Of a DNA stretch of 64,000 nt, positions 54,600 through 64,000 are shown piece by piece. The number at the start of each line of letters is the position of its first letter. Position 1 is the first letter of the stretch. The position numbers were made by a program, and so were the translations under genes. The DNA is from a virus (lineage: Duplodnaviria; Caudoviricetes): IMG/VR virus record IMGVR_UViG_2547132424_000002; one strand, given 5' to 3'. Under the pieces are notes generated by a model that worked only from the letters and a program-made list of their open reading frames with translations, was not told the DNA's origin and ran no database searches.

Positions 54600-55750
54600 C
54601 GAATCCGGGCGGATCCAACGGACTCCAGCCCGGACAGTGGGGAGTCACGGGCACCGACGGCTCAATCCCCTCGAAATCCACCCAAACGCAAGACTCCGTC
54701 ACCACGACCCTGCAGAACCAGTTCTCCTCGAACCAGTTCTCCGGCCTGGGCGGCGGCCTGATCGCGATGATCCTGTCGTTCGTCGGCGCCGGAATCGCCT
54801 CCGTCCTGGGCGGATTCACCAACATCATCGAAGCGATCTTCGGCACCGTCAACAACCAGTACGTCTCCCAACTGCCGACGATCACCGACCACTCTCACAG
54901 CATCGAGACCCTGCAGCAGCAGTTCGATCAGCTGATCCTGCAGGGGCTCGCGCAGGTGTTCACCTCGAACAACACCTACTATCCGACGCCCGACATCAAG
55001 AGCATCGACGTGATCATCATCGGCGCGGGCGCTGGTGGCGCGGCAGCGATCTGGAATGTGATCGCGGCCAGTCGATTCAGCGGCGGCGGTGGCGGTGGCG
55101 GCGGCGAAGTGCACACCAACATCTCCGCCGCCCTTCTCCCCACGGACGGCAGCGGCAACTTCTCACCGATCACGATCACCATCGGCGCGGGCGGCGCGGG
55201 CGGAGTCTCCGACGGCGCGGCCGGCGGCGGTGGCGGAAACACCATCTTCGCCACCACCATCGGATCGTTGACCGCGGGCGGCGGCAACGGCGGCGCCTGC
55301 GGCGGCGGATCGGACGGTGCCGGCATCGGCGGCGCGGGCGGCGCCGGAATGATCGTCGGCGGCGCGGGCGGCAACGGCGGCGGCGAAACCGTCAGCACCG
55401 GCGCGAACGCGTCCCCCGGCGGAAACAGCGTGTCCGCCTACGACCTTCACGGCGGCGGCGGTGGCGGCGGTGGCGGCGCGGGGATGACCAGCGGCGCGCA
55501 GGGCGGCAACGGCGGAATCTCACCCGGCGGCAACACCGGAAATCCGGGCGCTGTCGGCACAGCGCCCTCCTCGATCGTGGCGACCGGCGGTGGCGGTGGC
55601 GGTGGCGGCATCGACCAGACCAGCGCTGGCGGCAACGGGGCGTTCCCTGCCGGAGGCGGCGGCGGCTGCGGCGGCGGCATTTCCGCTCGCGGATCGAAAG
55701 GCGGCAACGGCGGCAACGGGATCATTTTCATCATCGAACGGTCCGCGTAG
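54596..55750 (+). CDS. Glycine-rich minor tail protein
   Basis: VIIIGAGAGG, GGGGGGGG tracts, GNGIIFIIE ending. Confidence 0.85.
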   Translation: MTNPGGSNGLQPGQWGVTGTDGSIPSKSTQTQDSVTTTLQNQFSSNQFSGLGGGLIAMILSFVGAGIASVLGGFTNIIEAIFGTVNNQYVSQLPTITDHSHSIETLQQQFDQLILQGLAQVFTSNNTYYPTPDIKSIDVIIIGAGAGGAAAIWNVIAASRFSGGGGGGGGEVHTNISAALLPTDGSGNFSPITITIGAGGAGGVSDGAAGGGGGNTIFATTIGSLTAGGGNGGACGGGSDGAGIGGAGGAGMIVGGAGGNGGGETVSTGANASPGGNSVSAYDLHGGGGGGGGGAGMTSGAQGGNGGISPGGNTGNPGAVGTAPSSIVATGGGGGGGGIDQTSAGGNGAFPAGGGGGCGGGISARGSKGGNGGNGIIFIIERSA

Positions 55751-56350
55751 TTGTACACGCTGCTCACCGCCTATACGAGCAACGCCACCTGGATCAAGGA
55801 CTCCAGCCTCTATCGCGTCGACGTCTTCATCCGATCAGGCGCGGGGGGCGGCTCATCGACGATCGGCGGTGGCGGCGGTGGCGTCGTTCTGAAGCGTTCC
55901 ATCGCCGCGTGGGACCTGCCCGCATCGCTGGCCATCGTGGTCGGCTCCGGGGGCAGCTCGGGCGGCGATGGTGGGGCCTCGTCGTTCGGCGACATCCTGA
56001 CCTGTCCGGGAGGTATGGGCGGCAGCAACGGCGGCGCGGGCGGCGGGAACCTTTTGCAGACGTTCCTGCTCGGAGGCAACGGCGGGACCAGTGGACATCC
56101 GGGCGCCAGCGCGAACGCGGCGCCGATCGAACTGCTCTCCGGCGGCGGCGGGGGCGCCGGGTCGGGTTCGACAGGGGGCAAGTCGGGGCTTGTCCCAGCG
56201 GGGACTTCGAGCCCGGCGTTCTGGCAGACCTGCCAGTCCGGCGGCGGAGGCAACTCGGGCAGCGCCGGAGGGTTCCCGGCCGGAGGCGGCGGCGCGGGCG
56301 CGAACGGCGCGGCGGGCTGCGTGACTGTCATCGAATACAGGTTCTCCTGA
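55751..56350 (+). CDS. Second glycine-rich minor tail protein
   Basis: GGGGGGV..., GCVTVIEY ending. Confidence 0.75.
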   Translation: MYTLLTAYTSNATWIKDSSLYRVDVFIRSGAGGGSSTIGGGGGGVVLKRSIAAWDLPASLAIVVGSGGSSGGDGGASSFGDILTCPGGMGGSNGGAGGGNLLQTFLLGGNGGTSGHPGASANAAPIELLSGGGGGAGSGSTGGKSGLVPAGTSSPAFWQTCQSGGGGNSGSAGGFPAGGGGAGANGAAGCVTVIEYRFS

Positions 56351-56358
56351 GGAGTGAA

Positions 56359-56670
56359 ATGGCAACTGCCACAGTGCATATCGACGATGTGCAAGGTTTT
56401 CCCGGCCCGGCGCGCTGCTTCAAGGTAGATCCGCCGTACCACGGGGCGGACTTCGTGGTCGTGTGGGCGCAGCCCTCGTTCGGCCGGCATCAGGAACCCG
56501 AGGCCGGGCTGGTGCCAGCGACCGAAACCGGCGCGTGCGCGGAGCGTTCGGTGAAGAAGCGCGGCGGATCGTATGTGCTGCACGACGAGCCCGACACGCA
56601 GGAGCGGATCGACGGCGCGCACTGGCTCGCACTCATCATGGCCGGTTACACGCTGACCGAGGCGTCCTGA
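56359..56670 (+). CDS. Conserved actinophage tail-region protein
   Basis: AGGAG RBS; GFPGPARCFKVDPP. Confidence 0.7.
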   Translation: MATATVHIDDVQGFPGPARCFKVDPPYHGADFVVVWAQPSFGRHQEPEAGLVPATETGACAERSVKKRGGSYVLHDEPDTQERIDGAHWLALIMAGYTLTEAS

Positions 56671-56984
56671 TGTCATCGCCCGAAGCGCCCAAGGTCAAAG
56701 ACCCCGCTGCGGTATTGGACTACCGATTCCAGTGGGGGCGAGGACCATTCGCGACTGCGCCGCCGTGGCTCGAGGACACCGAGACCATCACCAGCAAGCA
56801 GATCACCGTCCAGCCCGCCGGGCTGACGGTCGAGGAATCCGAGATCACCCCCGACGGCAAGGACGTCGTCGTCTGGCTGTCCGGCGGCACCGTCTCGGCC
56901 ACCTACGAAGTGGCCTGCCAAATCACAACCACCCTGTCCCGCACCGACGTTCGGCGCATGTCCATCTACGTCCTTGAGAGGTAA
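56670..56984 (+). CDS. Tail fibre adaptor-like protein
   Basis: KDPAAVLDY...WLSGGT...Y.V.C.ITT. Confidence 0.75.
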   Translation: MSSPEAPKVKDPAAVLDYRFQWGRGPFATAPPWLEDTETITSKQITVQPAGLTVEESEITPDGKDVVVWLSGGTVSATYEVACQITTTLSRTDVRRMSIYVLER

Positions 56985-57083
56985 CGCCCTGTGACCGCCG
57001 CATTCGAAGCCTCATTCCACGCCTCGGCCGTCGTGACCCACGCCGACGGCACCACCGACGAAGACATTCAGGAGGACTGAGCC

Positions 57084-57473
57084 ATGACTGTTGGTTTGCA
57101 CACCGCGAATCTCGCGAACAAGATCCTCGACCATCTGCGCGGCGGCACCGCCTGGTCCCAACCGTCCGGCCTGTATGTCAAGCTGCACACCGGCGATCCC
57201 GGCTCCGCGGGCACCTCATCGCCTTCCGCGGTAACCACCCGCGCGGCGGCCACTTTCGCGGCAGCGGCATCCGGCGCGATCGCGCTCACGGGCACCAACC
57301 CACAGTTCTCAATGAGCGCGACCGAGTCGATCACGCACGTGACCGTGTGGGATGCGGCTACGAGCGGCAATTTCCTATGGTCGGCGCAGCTGTCCGCGTC
57401 CAAGAGCGTGGTCAACGGCGACACCCTCACCCTGACGAGCCTCGCGTTCTCGCTGACGCCGCTGGCCGCCTGA
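57084..57473 (+). CDS. Tail fibre-associated structural protein
   Basis: ANKILDH, LYVKLHTGDPG, WDAATSGNFL. Confidence 0.8.
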   Translation: MTVGLHTANLANKILDHLRGGTAWSQPSGLYVKLHTGDPGSAGTSSPSAVTTRAAATFAAAASGAIALTGTNPQFSMSATESITHVTVWDAATSGNFLWSAQLSASKSVVNGDTLTLTSLAFSLTPLAA

Positions 57474-57490
57474 TCCTGAGGGCGTGACGC

Positions 57491-59101
57491 ATGGCCGTCC
57501 CGACCTATATCGCGTCCAGTTCGGCGGCGAATCTGTCCTCGGCGTCGGCCAACCTCACCGTCACCTACCCCAGCGGGTCGGCCAGCGGGGACCTCCTGGT
57601 CCTATCGGTCACCTACCGGCGGGCCGCCTCCGGCACGTTCACGGTCACTACGCCGTCCGGGTGGACGCTGCTGTCGACCCAGGACGCGAACGTGTCCGCG
57701 GCCTGGAACCTGACCGTCATCTACTACCGGTTCCGGTCCACCGAAACATCCGTCACCGTGACGGCGTCGACCGGCACCAGCACCTACGCAGTGGGCCAAT
57801 GCCACGCGTTCAGCGGCGCCACCGTGCATCCGACCGCGCCGATCAACAACTTCGCCGTCGGGTACGACACCACGGCCGGGACCGCGTGCGGCACACCGGC
57901 AGTGGTGACATCGGTCGGCAACTGCGCGCTGATCCTGATGTCGTCCAGCTACAACAACTCCGGCGCATCGACCTACAGCCACACATGGACGGCACCGCCG
58001 GTAGAGAAATTGGACACGGCGGCATCGTGGTCGTCCGGCGGAACCTACGTCGGTCAGACCGCTGCACTCGACAGCCAGGTGGCGCCGGGAACATATCCGG
58101 CATCCACCTGCACATCGTCGGCCACGACCAGCTCGCACTACACGTCCGCGATCGCCATTGCGCCGCCGGTCATCTCGGCGGCCGCGTCGGCCACCACGGT
58201 CACCGCAGGCCTGACCGCGGTCGGATCGGTCGGACACCCGGCGGCAGCGCCCACCACGGTGACCGCAGGGCTCACCGCCGCGGCGGTCCGTGGTGCGCTC
58301 GGCGCCGCGCCGCTTGCGGTCACTGCCGGGCTGACCGCCGAGGCGGCCCGCACCGCCAACGCCCAGGCGACCACCGCGGTCACGGCGGGCCTGTCCGCAG
58401 AGGCGACGGTCGACGCGTTCGTCGACGCTGAAACGGTCGTCACCGCGGGGCTCACCGCCGAAGCGTTCGTCGGTCCAGTCATCCAGGGCGGCCTGACGGT
58501 CACCGCAGGGCTCGACGCGGCCGCGCACCGGACCGCGAATGTCGATGCCGACACCGAGGTGACCGCCGATCTCACCGCGGACATCCACCGCGACACCTTC
58601 GACACCGCTGACACCACGATCACTGCGGGGCTGACCGCCGAGGCCGTGGTCACGAAGTACGCGCAGGCCAGCCTCCAAGTGGTAGCGCGCCTGTCCGCCC
58701 GGTTCGGGATCCCTGCATCCCCGAACTCCACCGCCGCGATCGCAGGACTCACCGCCTCCGCGGTCGTCACCCCCGCCGGGGTCACCCCCGCCGATGCCGC
58801 GCTCACCATCTCCACGGCCACCACCGCGGCGGCCAGCCGCGAAACCCACGCGGACGCGGACACCGCCGTCACCGTCGGCCTGCCCGCGGTCATGGCCGCG
58901 GAGATGTCGATCACCGCCAACCGCGCGGTGACCGCGCACCTGTCGGCATCGGCCTGGATCGTCGGCCAACCGGTGCCCCACACCCCGCTGGAACGAGTCG
59001 TCCAGATCGGCGCGGACGACCGCACATGCGCCGTCGGCCCCGACGACCGTGCCCTGGTCGTCAGCGCCGACGACCGAACTGCCGCCGCCTCGCGCGGCTG
59101 A
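57491..59101 (+). CDS. Tail fibre / large repeat-containing structural protein
   Basis: N-terminal beta domain (SGDLLVL...TPSGWTLL) and many TVTAGLTA repeats. Confidence 0.78.
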   Translation: MAVPTYIASSSAANLSSASANLTVTYPSGSASGDLLVLSVTYRRAASGTFTVTTPSGWTLLSTQDANVSAAWNLTVIYYRFRSTETSVTVTASTGTSTYAVGQCHAFSGATVHPTAPINNFAVGYDTTAGTACGTPAVVTSVGNCALILMSSSYNNSGASTYSHTWTAPPVEKLDTAASWSSGGTYVGQTAALDSQVAPGTYPASTCTSSATTSSHYTSAIAIAPPVISAAASATTVTAGLTAVGSVGHPAAAPTTVTAGLTAAAVRGALGAAPLAVTAGLTAEAARTANAQATTAVTAGLSAEATVDAFVDAETVVTAGLTAEAFVGPVIQGGLTVTAGLDAAAHRTANVDADTEVTADLTADIHRDTFDTADTTITAGLTAEAVVTKYAQASLQVVARLSARFGIPASPNSTAAIAGLTASAVVTPAGVTPADAALTISTATTAAASRETHADADTAVTVGLPAVMAAEMSITANRAVTAHLSASAWIVGQPVPHTPLERVVQIGADDRTCAVGPDDRALVVSADDRTAAASRG

Positions 59102-59128
59102 CCCCCCTCTATCGATCGAAAGGCTGCC

Positions 59129-60208
59129 ATGCCACTGGTAACACCGACCGGTCCGTATTCTGTCGGCTCACGCCGACTGTTCCTGACCAACCCGGCCGCC
59201 GACCCCATCACCGGATCCGCGACCCGCTGGATCACGGTCAACGCGTTCTTCCCGACCGCCAACACCGGGACCGCCGCGAAGTATCTGTCGGACAACGCAA
59301 CCCGCGACACCAGCATGGCGCAGCTCCTCGCGCAGGGCTGGGACGGCACGTTCAACTACTACTTCACCCCGAACAGCACCCAATACCCGAGAATCCGGGC
59401 CCTGACGATCCCCGCCGTGACGAACGCGTCACCGCGCACCGACCTCGGCCCCCTTCCCGTGGTGATCGTGTCACCAGGCTTCGGCGTCAGCGGCGCCTAC
59501 CACACCAGTACCGCCCTTGAGCTGGCCTCACGCGGCTACCTGGTGCTCGTGCTCTCGGTGACCTGGGAGTCGATCGCGACCGAACTCGTCTCCGGTGTCG
59601 CACCCCAGCAGGCCAGCATCGCCAACCAGTGGCAGCTGCTGCTCACCGCGAGATTGGCGGACACCACCTACGTGCTCGACCAGCTCGCATCCCTGCCGAA
59701 CGGGATCGGCGGCGCCGCGGACACCGCCCGCGTCGCGATGGTCGGCCACTCCTACGGCGGCTACACGGCCATGGAGAAGGCATACACCGACTCCCGCGTG
59801 AAGGCCGTGATGTGCCTGGACGCGCCCTGCGGCTGGCCGAACACCACATCCAGCGCGCAGAACGGCGGCCTCCCCCTCGGCCAGCCGGTGTTCCTGCTGT
59901 CGTCACCGTCCGGCGTCAACGGTGACGGGCACGCCAGCTGGCAGGGATTCCAATCCCACCCGCACGGACCGTACTGGGTCGCCGAGGTCGCGGGCACCGT
60001 CCACACCGCGTTCACCGACCTCGCCGTCATGGACCCCAACACGGCCACCTTCTGCGGCACGATCGCACCGGCCCGCGCGCAGATGGTCACCAACGCCTAC
60101 GTCCGCGCGTTCGCGGACTACGCCCTGCGTGGCGTCCCGGACCCGCTGCTGACCGGCAACAGTACCGACTACCCTGAGGTGACCTACAAGATCACCGACG
60201 CGAGCTGA
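59129..60208 (+). CDS. Alpha/beta hydrolase (PAF-acetylhydrolase-like)
   Basis: PVVIVSPGFG, LASRGY, GHSYGG, LDAP, HTAFTD (Ser-Asp-His triad). Confidence 0.88.
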   Translation: MPLVTPTGPYSVGSRRLFLTNPAADPITGSATRWITVNAFFPTANTGTAAKYLSDNATRDTSMAQLLAQGWDGTFNYYFTPNSTQYPRIRALTIPAVTNASPRTDLGPLPVVIVSPGFGVSGAYHTSTALELASRGYLVLVLSVTWESIATELVSGVAPQQASIANQWQLLLTARLADTTYVLDQLASLPNGIGGAADTARVAMVGHSYGGYTAMEKAYTDSRVKAVMCLDAPCGWPNTTSSAQNGGLPLGQPVFLLSSPSGVNGDGHASWQGFQSHPHGPYWVAEVAGTVHTAFTDLAVMDPNTATFCGTIAPARAQMVTNAYVRAFADYALRGVPDPLLTGNSTDYPEVTYKITDAS

Positions 60209-60222
60209 CACCCGCGCACACG

Positions 60223-60266
60223 AATGCGCCCCCATTCACCGGGATTCCGGTGAATGGGGGCGCATT
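60223..60266. terminator. Bidirectional intrinsic terminator
   Basis: Perfect 20-bp stem AATGCGCCCCCATTCACCGG-GATT-CCGGTGAATGGGGGCGCATT between convergent genes. Confidence 0.88.
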
Positions 60267-60284
60267 TCGTCGTTTACAGACCGG

Positions 60285-60545
60285 TCAGAAGTCGACTGTT
60301 CCGTCGAGGATGCCGAGGACCGAGGCAGCGAGAACGACACGGCGCCCGAGCGTTTCCGGACCGGCTGGCAGAGCGCTCTCGGCAGATGCGCGAAGGCGGT
60401 CGAGGCGGTAGCGGGCGGCGCCGTAGCTGAAATCTCGCGTCGGTAGCAGCTCGGCGGCGAGCTGAGCGATCAACGGGTCCGCGCCCGCGGCGAGTTCCCG
60501 CAGCCGGTCGGTGGTCAACGGTTCGGATGCCTGGTCACTGCTCAT
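60285..60545 (-). CDS. Hypothetical protein
   Basis: MSSDQASEPLTTDRLRELA. Confidence 0.6.
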   Translation of the reverse strand: MSSDQASEPLTTDRLRELAAGADPLIAQLAAELLPTRDFSYGAARYRLDRLRASAESALPAGPETLGRRVVLAASVLGILDGTVDF

Positions 60546-60562
60546 GGTGTCGACGATCCTCT

Positions 60563-60976
60563 CTACCTGTCCGCCCACCGGGTGGCGCCCGGCGCCGCGG
60601 TGAGCGTGGACACGAGGTCGGCACCGGCGACCGCGAGCGTGGGGCCGCCGACCGCGATCGTGCCGATCACCGCGCCGACCGCGGCACCGCTGGCGGCACC
60701 GGCCAGGCAGGCGGGGATCACGAGCGGGCCACCGACAACGGCGGGAGTTCCGGCGATGAGGCAGCCGACACCGGCACCGATGACGGTGCCGCCGAACCCG
60801 CCTACGGAGGTCGCGATCCCGAACTCGGTCAAGAAGGCACGCTCGGCGGCCTGGTTCTCCTGGACGCTCGCCACCGGGGTGGCGACCGGTTCGGGTGCGG
60901 TGGCGCTGGCGGTGGCCGTGCCGATAGAGACGCTGGCGACGGCGAGCAGGCCAGCGGCGGCAATGGTGCGAATCAT
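60563..60976 (-). CDS. Secreted glycine-zipper protein (Nocardia-like)
   Basis: Signal peptide; GTVIGAGVGC...GAAVGAVIGTIAVGGPTL. Confidence 0.8.
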   Translation of the reverse strand: MIRTIAAAGLLAVASVSIGTATASATAPEPVATPVASVQENQAAERAFLTEFGIATSVGGFGGTVIGAGVGCLIAGTPAVVGGPLVIPACLAGAASGAAVGAVIGTIAVGGPTLAVAGADLVSTLTAAPGATRWADR

Positions 60977-61042
60977 GGAAATCTCCTGGTGTGTGAGGGT
61001 TTTCGCGTGCCGTGGCGGCGCGCGATAGGTGAGTCGGGGGTG

Positions 61043-61561
61043 CTACTCGGTGACGAAGACGGCGTTATCGGGCAGGATGTGCCGCATCTGCGCCGGGATC
61101 TCGCCTTGGGTGAAAACGTCGTCCGACCAGTGCACCGTCTGCGTCGGGTCGTCGAGCCAACGCCATCGGTAGGTGACTCCGCCGAACCCGCGCACCGGAG
61201 CGGGCGAGTGCGCGTCGATTACGCGGGGCACGTAGTGCCATCCGTCGATGCGCAGGACATCGCGGCGCGGTGCGCGCCGCATTCCGTTCGCCCGCGTCTC
61301 GCCGGTGCTGTCACCGTCTCGCATCCACTGGTATTTCTCCCACCAGAAACGATCCTGTCGGCACGTGCAGTCCCAAAAGTCTTGGCGGGCTTCGGCTTCG
61401 GTGGCGTATGCGATGGACCGGGATTGAAACCCGTTGTCGAACTGGAAGGCGCACCATTTCCCGGCCCACCCGTTCTCGGCGGCGGGGAGGGCCTGGTACA
61501 CGCCGGGACCTTCGATGACGTGGCCGAAGGTGCTGAGTTGGAATTCCTTATCGCGGTTCAC
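61043..61561 (-). CDS. Hypothetical protein
   Basis: GTG start after AGGAG; CTCRQDRFWW and RGFGG motifs. Confidence 0.7.
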   Translation of the reverse strand: MNRDKEFQLSTFGHVIEGPGVYQALPAAENGWAGKWCAFQFDNGFQSRSIAYATEAEARQDFWDCTCRQDRFWWEKYQWMRDGDSTGETRANGMRRAPRRDVLRIDGWHYVPRVIDAHSPAPVRGFGGVTYRWRWLDDPTQTVHWSDDVFTQGEIPAQMRHILPDNAVFVTE

Positions 61562-62583
61562 ATCTGCTCCTGATGCGTGTCGAGCCACGAGCCGATCAGC
61601 GCGCGGCTACTCGAGGTGGCCTGCGCGGCAGGCACCGTGCCGCACAGATCGGTGCCGCCGCCGAGAACGCACAGGTCCGTCGCCGAGTAGTGGCCGGCAC
61701 CCCAGATCTGCGAGACATCCGCGCCGGGCTGATGCGGCCACTCGGCAGGCCACGGGTCCGACAGGCGCAGCTCGAGCACCGGTGCCGCGAGCTGATGGGC
61801 GTCGGCGGCACCGGGCCATCCGGCGGGCGCGTCGATCATCACCACCGCGCGGACGCGGGGATCGGCGGCGGCCAGCTGCACGGCGGTCGTGCCGCCGAGC
61901 GAGTGACCGCCGACAGCGATCCGCTCGAGGTCGGCCAGCGGCCCGACGACGGGCAGGGTAGGGAGCTGATCGAGGATCAGGCGCATATCGTCCTCACGGG
62001 CGGCCAGCCGTTCGCGCATGTAGTCCGGATCGACCGATGTGGGGGCGCCGGTGATGATCTCGCCGTCGGGCAGCTGCACGGCTGGGCTCTCGCCGATGTG
62101 GTCGATGACGATCACGATCCGGCCGGCCGACGCGAGATCGTCGGCGAGGCCGGACAGGATCCACCGCGGTGTCCCGAGTCCGGGCGAGAGGACCACGACG
62201 GGCATCCGGTCGAGCGTGGTGTCGGCTGGTGCGTCCTGGGTGGCGCTGACCATGGCAAACGCCATCGTCGGCGCGGTGGCGGGGGCGTGCATCCAGATCG
62301 CGGACGTCCGGGCGATCCGGGCGGTGGCCGCCAGGCCGTGCGCCGGAATCAGCGACGCCGCGCCGACGCTCGCGGTCGGGTACCAGGCCGACACCATGAT
62401 CCGGCGGCCCTGCTGCGAGTCGACGAGTTCGGTGTCGACTCGCCCGACGTGATGGCTGCCGTCAGCCTGGGCGATCGTCGAGCTGCCGAGCGGGGCGGCG
62501 TGGGCGTCGGTGGCCAGCCATCCGGATCCGGTGCCGACCACGACGGCGGCAGCCAGCGCGGCCGCGATCGCTCGCCGGTTCAC
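61558..62583 (-). CDS. Secreted alpha/beta hydrolase (PAF-acetylhydrolase-like)
   Basis: Signal peptide NRRAIAAALAAAVVV...AHA; PVVVLSPGLG, GHSLGG, IDAP, HYSATD. Confidence 0.85.
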   Translation of the reverse strand: MNRRAIAAALAAAVVVGTGSGWLATDAHAAPLGSSTIAQADGSHHVGRVDTELVDSQQGRRIMVSAWYPTASVGAASLIPAHGLAATARIARTSAIWMHAPATAPTMAFAMVSATQDAPADTTLDRMPVVVLSPGLGTPRWILSGLADDLASAGRIVIVIDHIGESPAVQLPDGEIITGAPTSVDPDYMRERLAAREDDMRLILDQLPTLPVVGPLADLERIAVGGHSLGGTTAVQLAAADPRVRAVVMIDAPAGWPGAADAHQLAAPVLELRLSDPWPAEWPHQPGADVSQIWGAGHYSATDLCVLGGGTDLCGTVPAAQATSSSRALIGSWLDTHQEQM

Positions 62584-63386
62584 TGCTTGCGCTCCTCGCG
62601 GAGCGCGCGGACCTCGGCCCACGCGGAGTCGAGGTCGCGGCGCATGCCTTCGCGGATCTTCGCGAACTCCGCGCGCTGCGCCGTGGTCTCGTCCTGCAGT
62701 TGCTGGCGTGTCGCGTCCCGCTCGGTGATCGCGTCCGATACCGCGGCTTTCGCGGTGTCGAGTGCCTTGCGGAGTGCGGTCATCTCCGCCCGGGTGTCGC
62801 GCAGTTCGCGCGCGGCCTGCTGCTCGATGAGCTCGGCCTTCTCTTCGGCTGCGGTGCGGGCCGCGATCGCCTCGTCGGCGGCCTCGGAAGCATCGGCCGC
62901 CAGTGCCTTGGCCTGGTCGCGTTCGATCGCGAGGGCGTCGGCACGGTTCTCGGCGGCGGCCTGTGCGGACTGGGCGGTGGCGATCTGCACGTCGGCGTCC
63001 CGGCGCACCGCGGCAATCTCACGATCCACCGACGTCTGCGCGGTGGCCGCGGCGGTCAGCTCGCGAGCATCCTCGAGGATGGCGCCAGTCTCGCCGATGG
63101 CCCGCTGAAGTTCGGCGACTACATCGGCGAGCCGCGAGGTGGACGCGGTGACCGGTCGTTCAGCAGCGTGCGGATCGTGGGCCGCCTTCGCTTCGTCCTC
63201 GCGCAGCCACTTCTGCGTGCGCCGGTATTTCGCCGCCGCGGTGTGCTCGGGGTTGGCGCAGTAGCAGCCCCTCTGTCCCGGTTTGCCGGTCTGGACGGCG
63301 GGGTCGGGGCAGGTCTTGTCCCGGGTGAGGGGGAAGATGCACAGCGGGGCGGGGTCGTCGTCTACGACGGTGAGGGCGCGGCTCAT
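62580..63386 (-). CDS. Long coiled-coil protein with N-terminal Cys/His motif
   Basis: C..C..CYCANPEH then extended Ala/Glu/Arg heptads. Confidence 0.75.
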   Translation of the reverse strand: MSRALTVVDDDPAPLCIFPLTRDKTCPDPAVQTGKPGQRGCYCANPEHTAAAKYRRTQKWLREDEAKAAHDPHAAERPVTASTSRLADVVAELQRAIGETGAILEDARELTAAATAQTSVDREIAAVRRDADVQIATAQSAQAAAENRADALAIERDQAKALAADASEAADEAIAARTAAEEKAELIEQQAARELRDTRAEMTALRKALDTAKAAVSDAITERDATRQQLQDETTAQRAEFAKIREGMRRDLDSAWAEVRALREERKQ

Positions 63387-64000
63387 GCGTCACGCTCCGA
63401 TGCATGCGTCACCGCGTCATGCATCACCGGGGGATGCTTTGGGCCGGTGACCGTGACCTTCCAGCCCTCGTGCATGCCGACCCAGTACCGGTAATCCGCG
63501 ATACGCGCGCCACGGTCCATGTCCTCGCGCAGACGCAAATGGGCGGCGATGGTGTCGACATCTCGTTCGGCCGCGGTGCCCAGCGCGACGCCGAGAAGAC
63601 CGCCGGCACTCTGGACCCATGTCAAGGCGGGAGCGACCTGCCGAAGGACCGCCAGCATCTCCTCGCCCGCGCGGCCGTAGGGCCGCAGCTCGAGGATCAG
63701 GTTGTCAATTTTGCCGCGCAGAAGCTCGAGTTCGATCGAGTCGGCCAGGTTCCTGTCCGCGAACTCACCGGTGCGATACGGGGCTGCGGTGTCGCGCGCG
63801 GTTCCGAGCGCGCGCCGCAGTCGCGCGAGCAGATAGTCCGTGTCGTCGTGCCACTCGCTGAAGAGCGCAGGCAGCCAACCGCTGCGACGGGCGTCGATCT
63901 CCCACTGAGCCGGGGCCAGGTTGCGCTCCGCCGCAGGAGCTGAATCGGCGCTGGTCAGAGAGGTTTCCGCCGGAATCCTGTTGGCCACAGTTTTGGCCAC
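63383..64000 (-). CDS. Hypothetical protein (5' end probably outside the window)
   Basis: Open frame to the window edge; ATGA-coupled to the next gene. Confidence 0.6.
   Translation of the reverse strand: MAKTVANRIPAETSLTSADSAPAAERNLAPAQWEIDARRSGWLPALFSEWHDDTDYLLARLRRALGTARDTAAPYRTGEFADRNLADSIELELLRGKIDNLILELRPYGRAGEEMLAVLRQVAPALTWVQSAGGLLGVALGTAAERDVDTIAAHLRLREDMDRGARIADYRYWVGMHEGWKVTVTGPKHPPVMHDAVTHASERDA

Larger units (their letters stand above)
1..64000. mobile_element. Actinobacterial siphovirus-type (pro)phage region; both ends probably lie outside the window
   Basis: Syntenic terminase-portal-scaffold-capsid-neck-tail-TMP-lysis modules; dense ATGA/GTGA-overlapping small genes. Confidence 0.96.

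Noticed and set aside
54596-56350. PE-PGRS genes
   Set aside because: No PE domain; the context and VIIIGAG/IIE motifs match phage glycine-rich minor tail proteins.
1-64000. Integrase, att sites or diversity-generating retroelement
   Set aside because: No recombinase or reverse transcriptase motifs, and no TR/VR-type repeat pair noticed.

Overview
This window is a ~64 kb slice of a high-GC actinobacterial temperate siphovirus or prophage. The host is probably Nocardia or a related mycolic-acid genus, an inference from a Nocardia-like secreted glycine-zipper gene and the actinophage-type head, tail and lysis genes. Layout from left to right: (1) 1-13 kb, a translationally coupled run of small early/accessory genes, including a DEDDh exoribonuclease, SLOG, NDT-fold, HIT, cyclic-phosphate REC and DUF4326 proteins. 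(2) 13-17.5 kb, a complete RNA-repair operon: a cluster of tRNA-mimicking ncRNAs including a clear YrlA-type Y RNA, then Ro60/Rsr, RtcB, an RlaP-type Pol-beta nucleotidyltransferase and a metallophosphoesterase. (3) 18-19.6 kb, an unexplained two-gene cassette. (4) 19.6-24 kb, putative late regulators, a candidate structured ncRNA and small ORFs. (5) 24-30 kb, four glycosyltransferase genes (about five GT domains) and two methyltransferases directly upstream of the packaging genes. (6) 30-50 kb, HNH, prim-pol, terminase, portal, head, neck and tail genes, with a -1 frameshift chaperone and a 1865-aa tape measure protein. (7) 50-60 kb, a split lysin cassette with an extra cysteine protease, tail fibre genes and an alpha/beta hydrolase. 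(8) 60-64 kb, a convergent leftward operon ending at a strong hairpin. No integrase, att site, repressor or CRISPR array is visible. All family assignments come from motif recognition by eye, not database searches.
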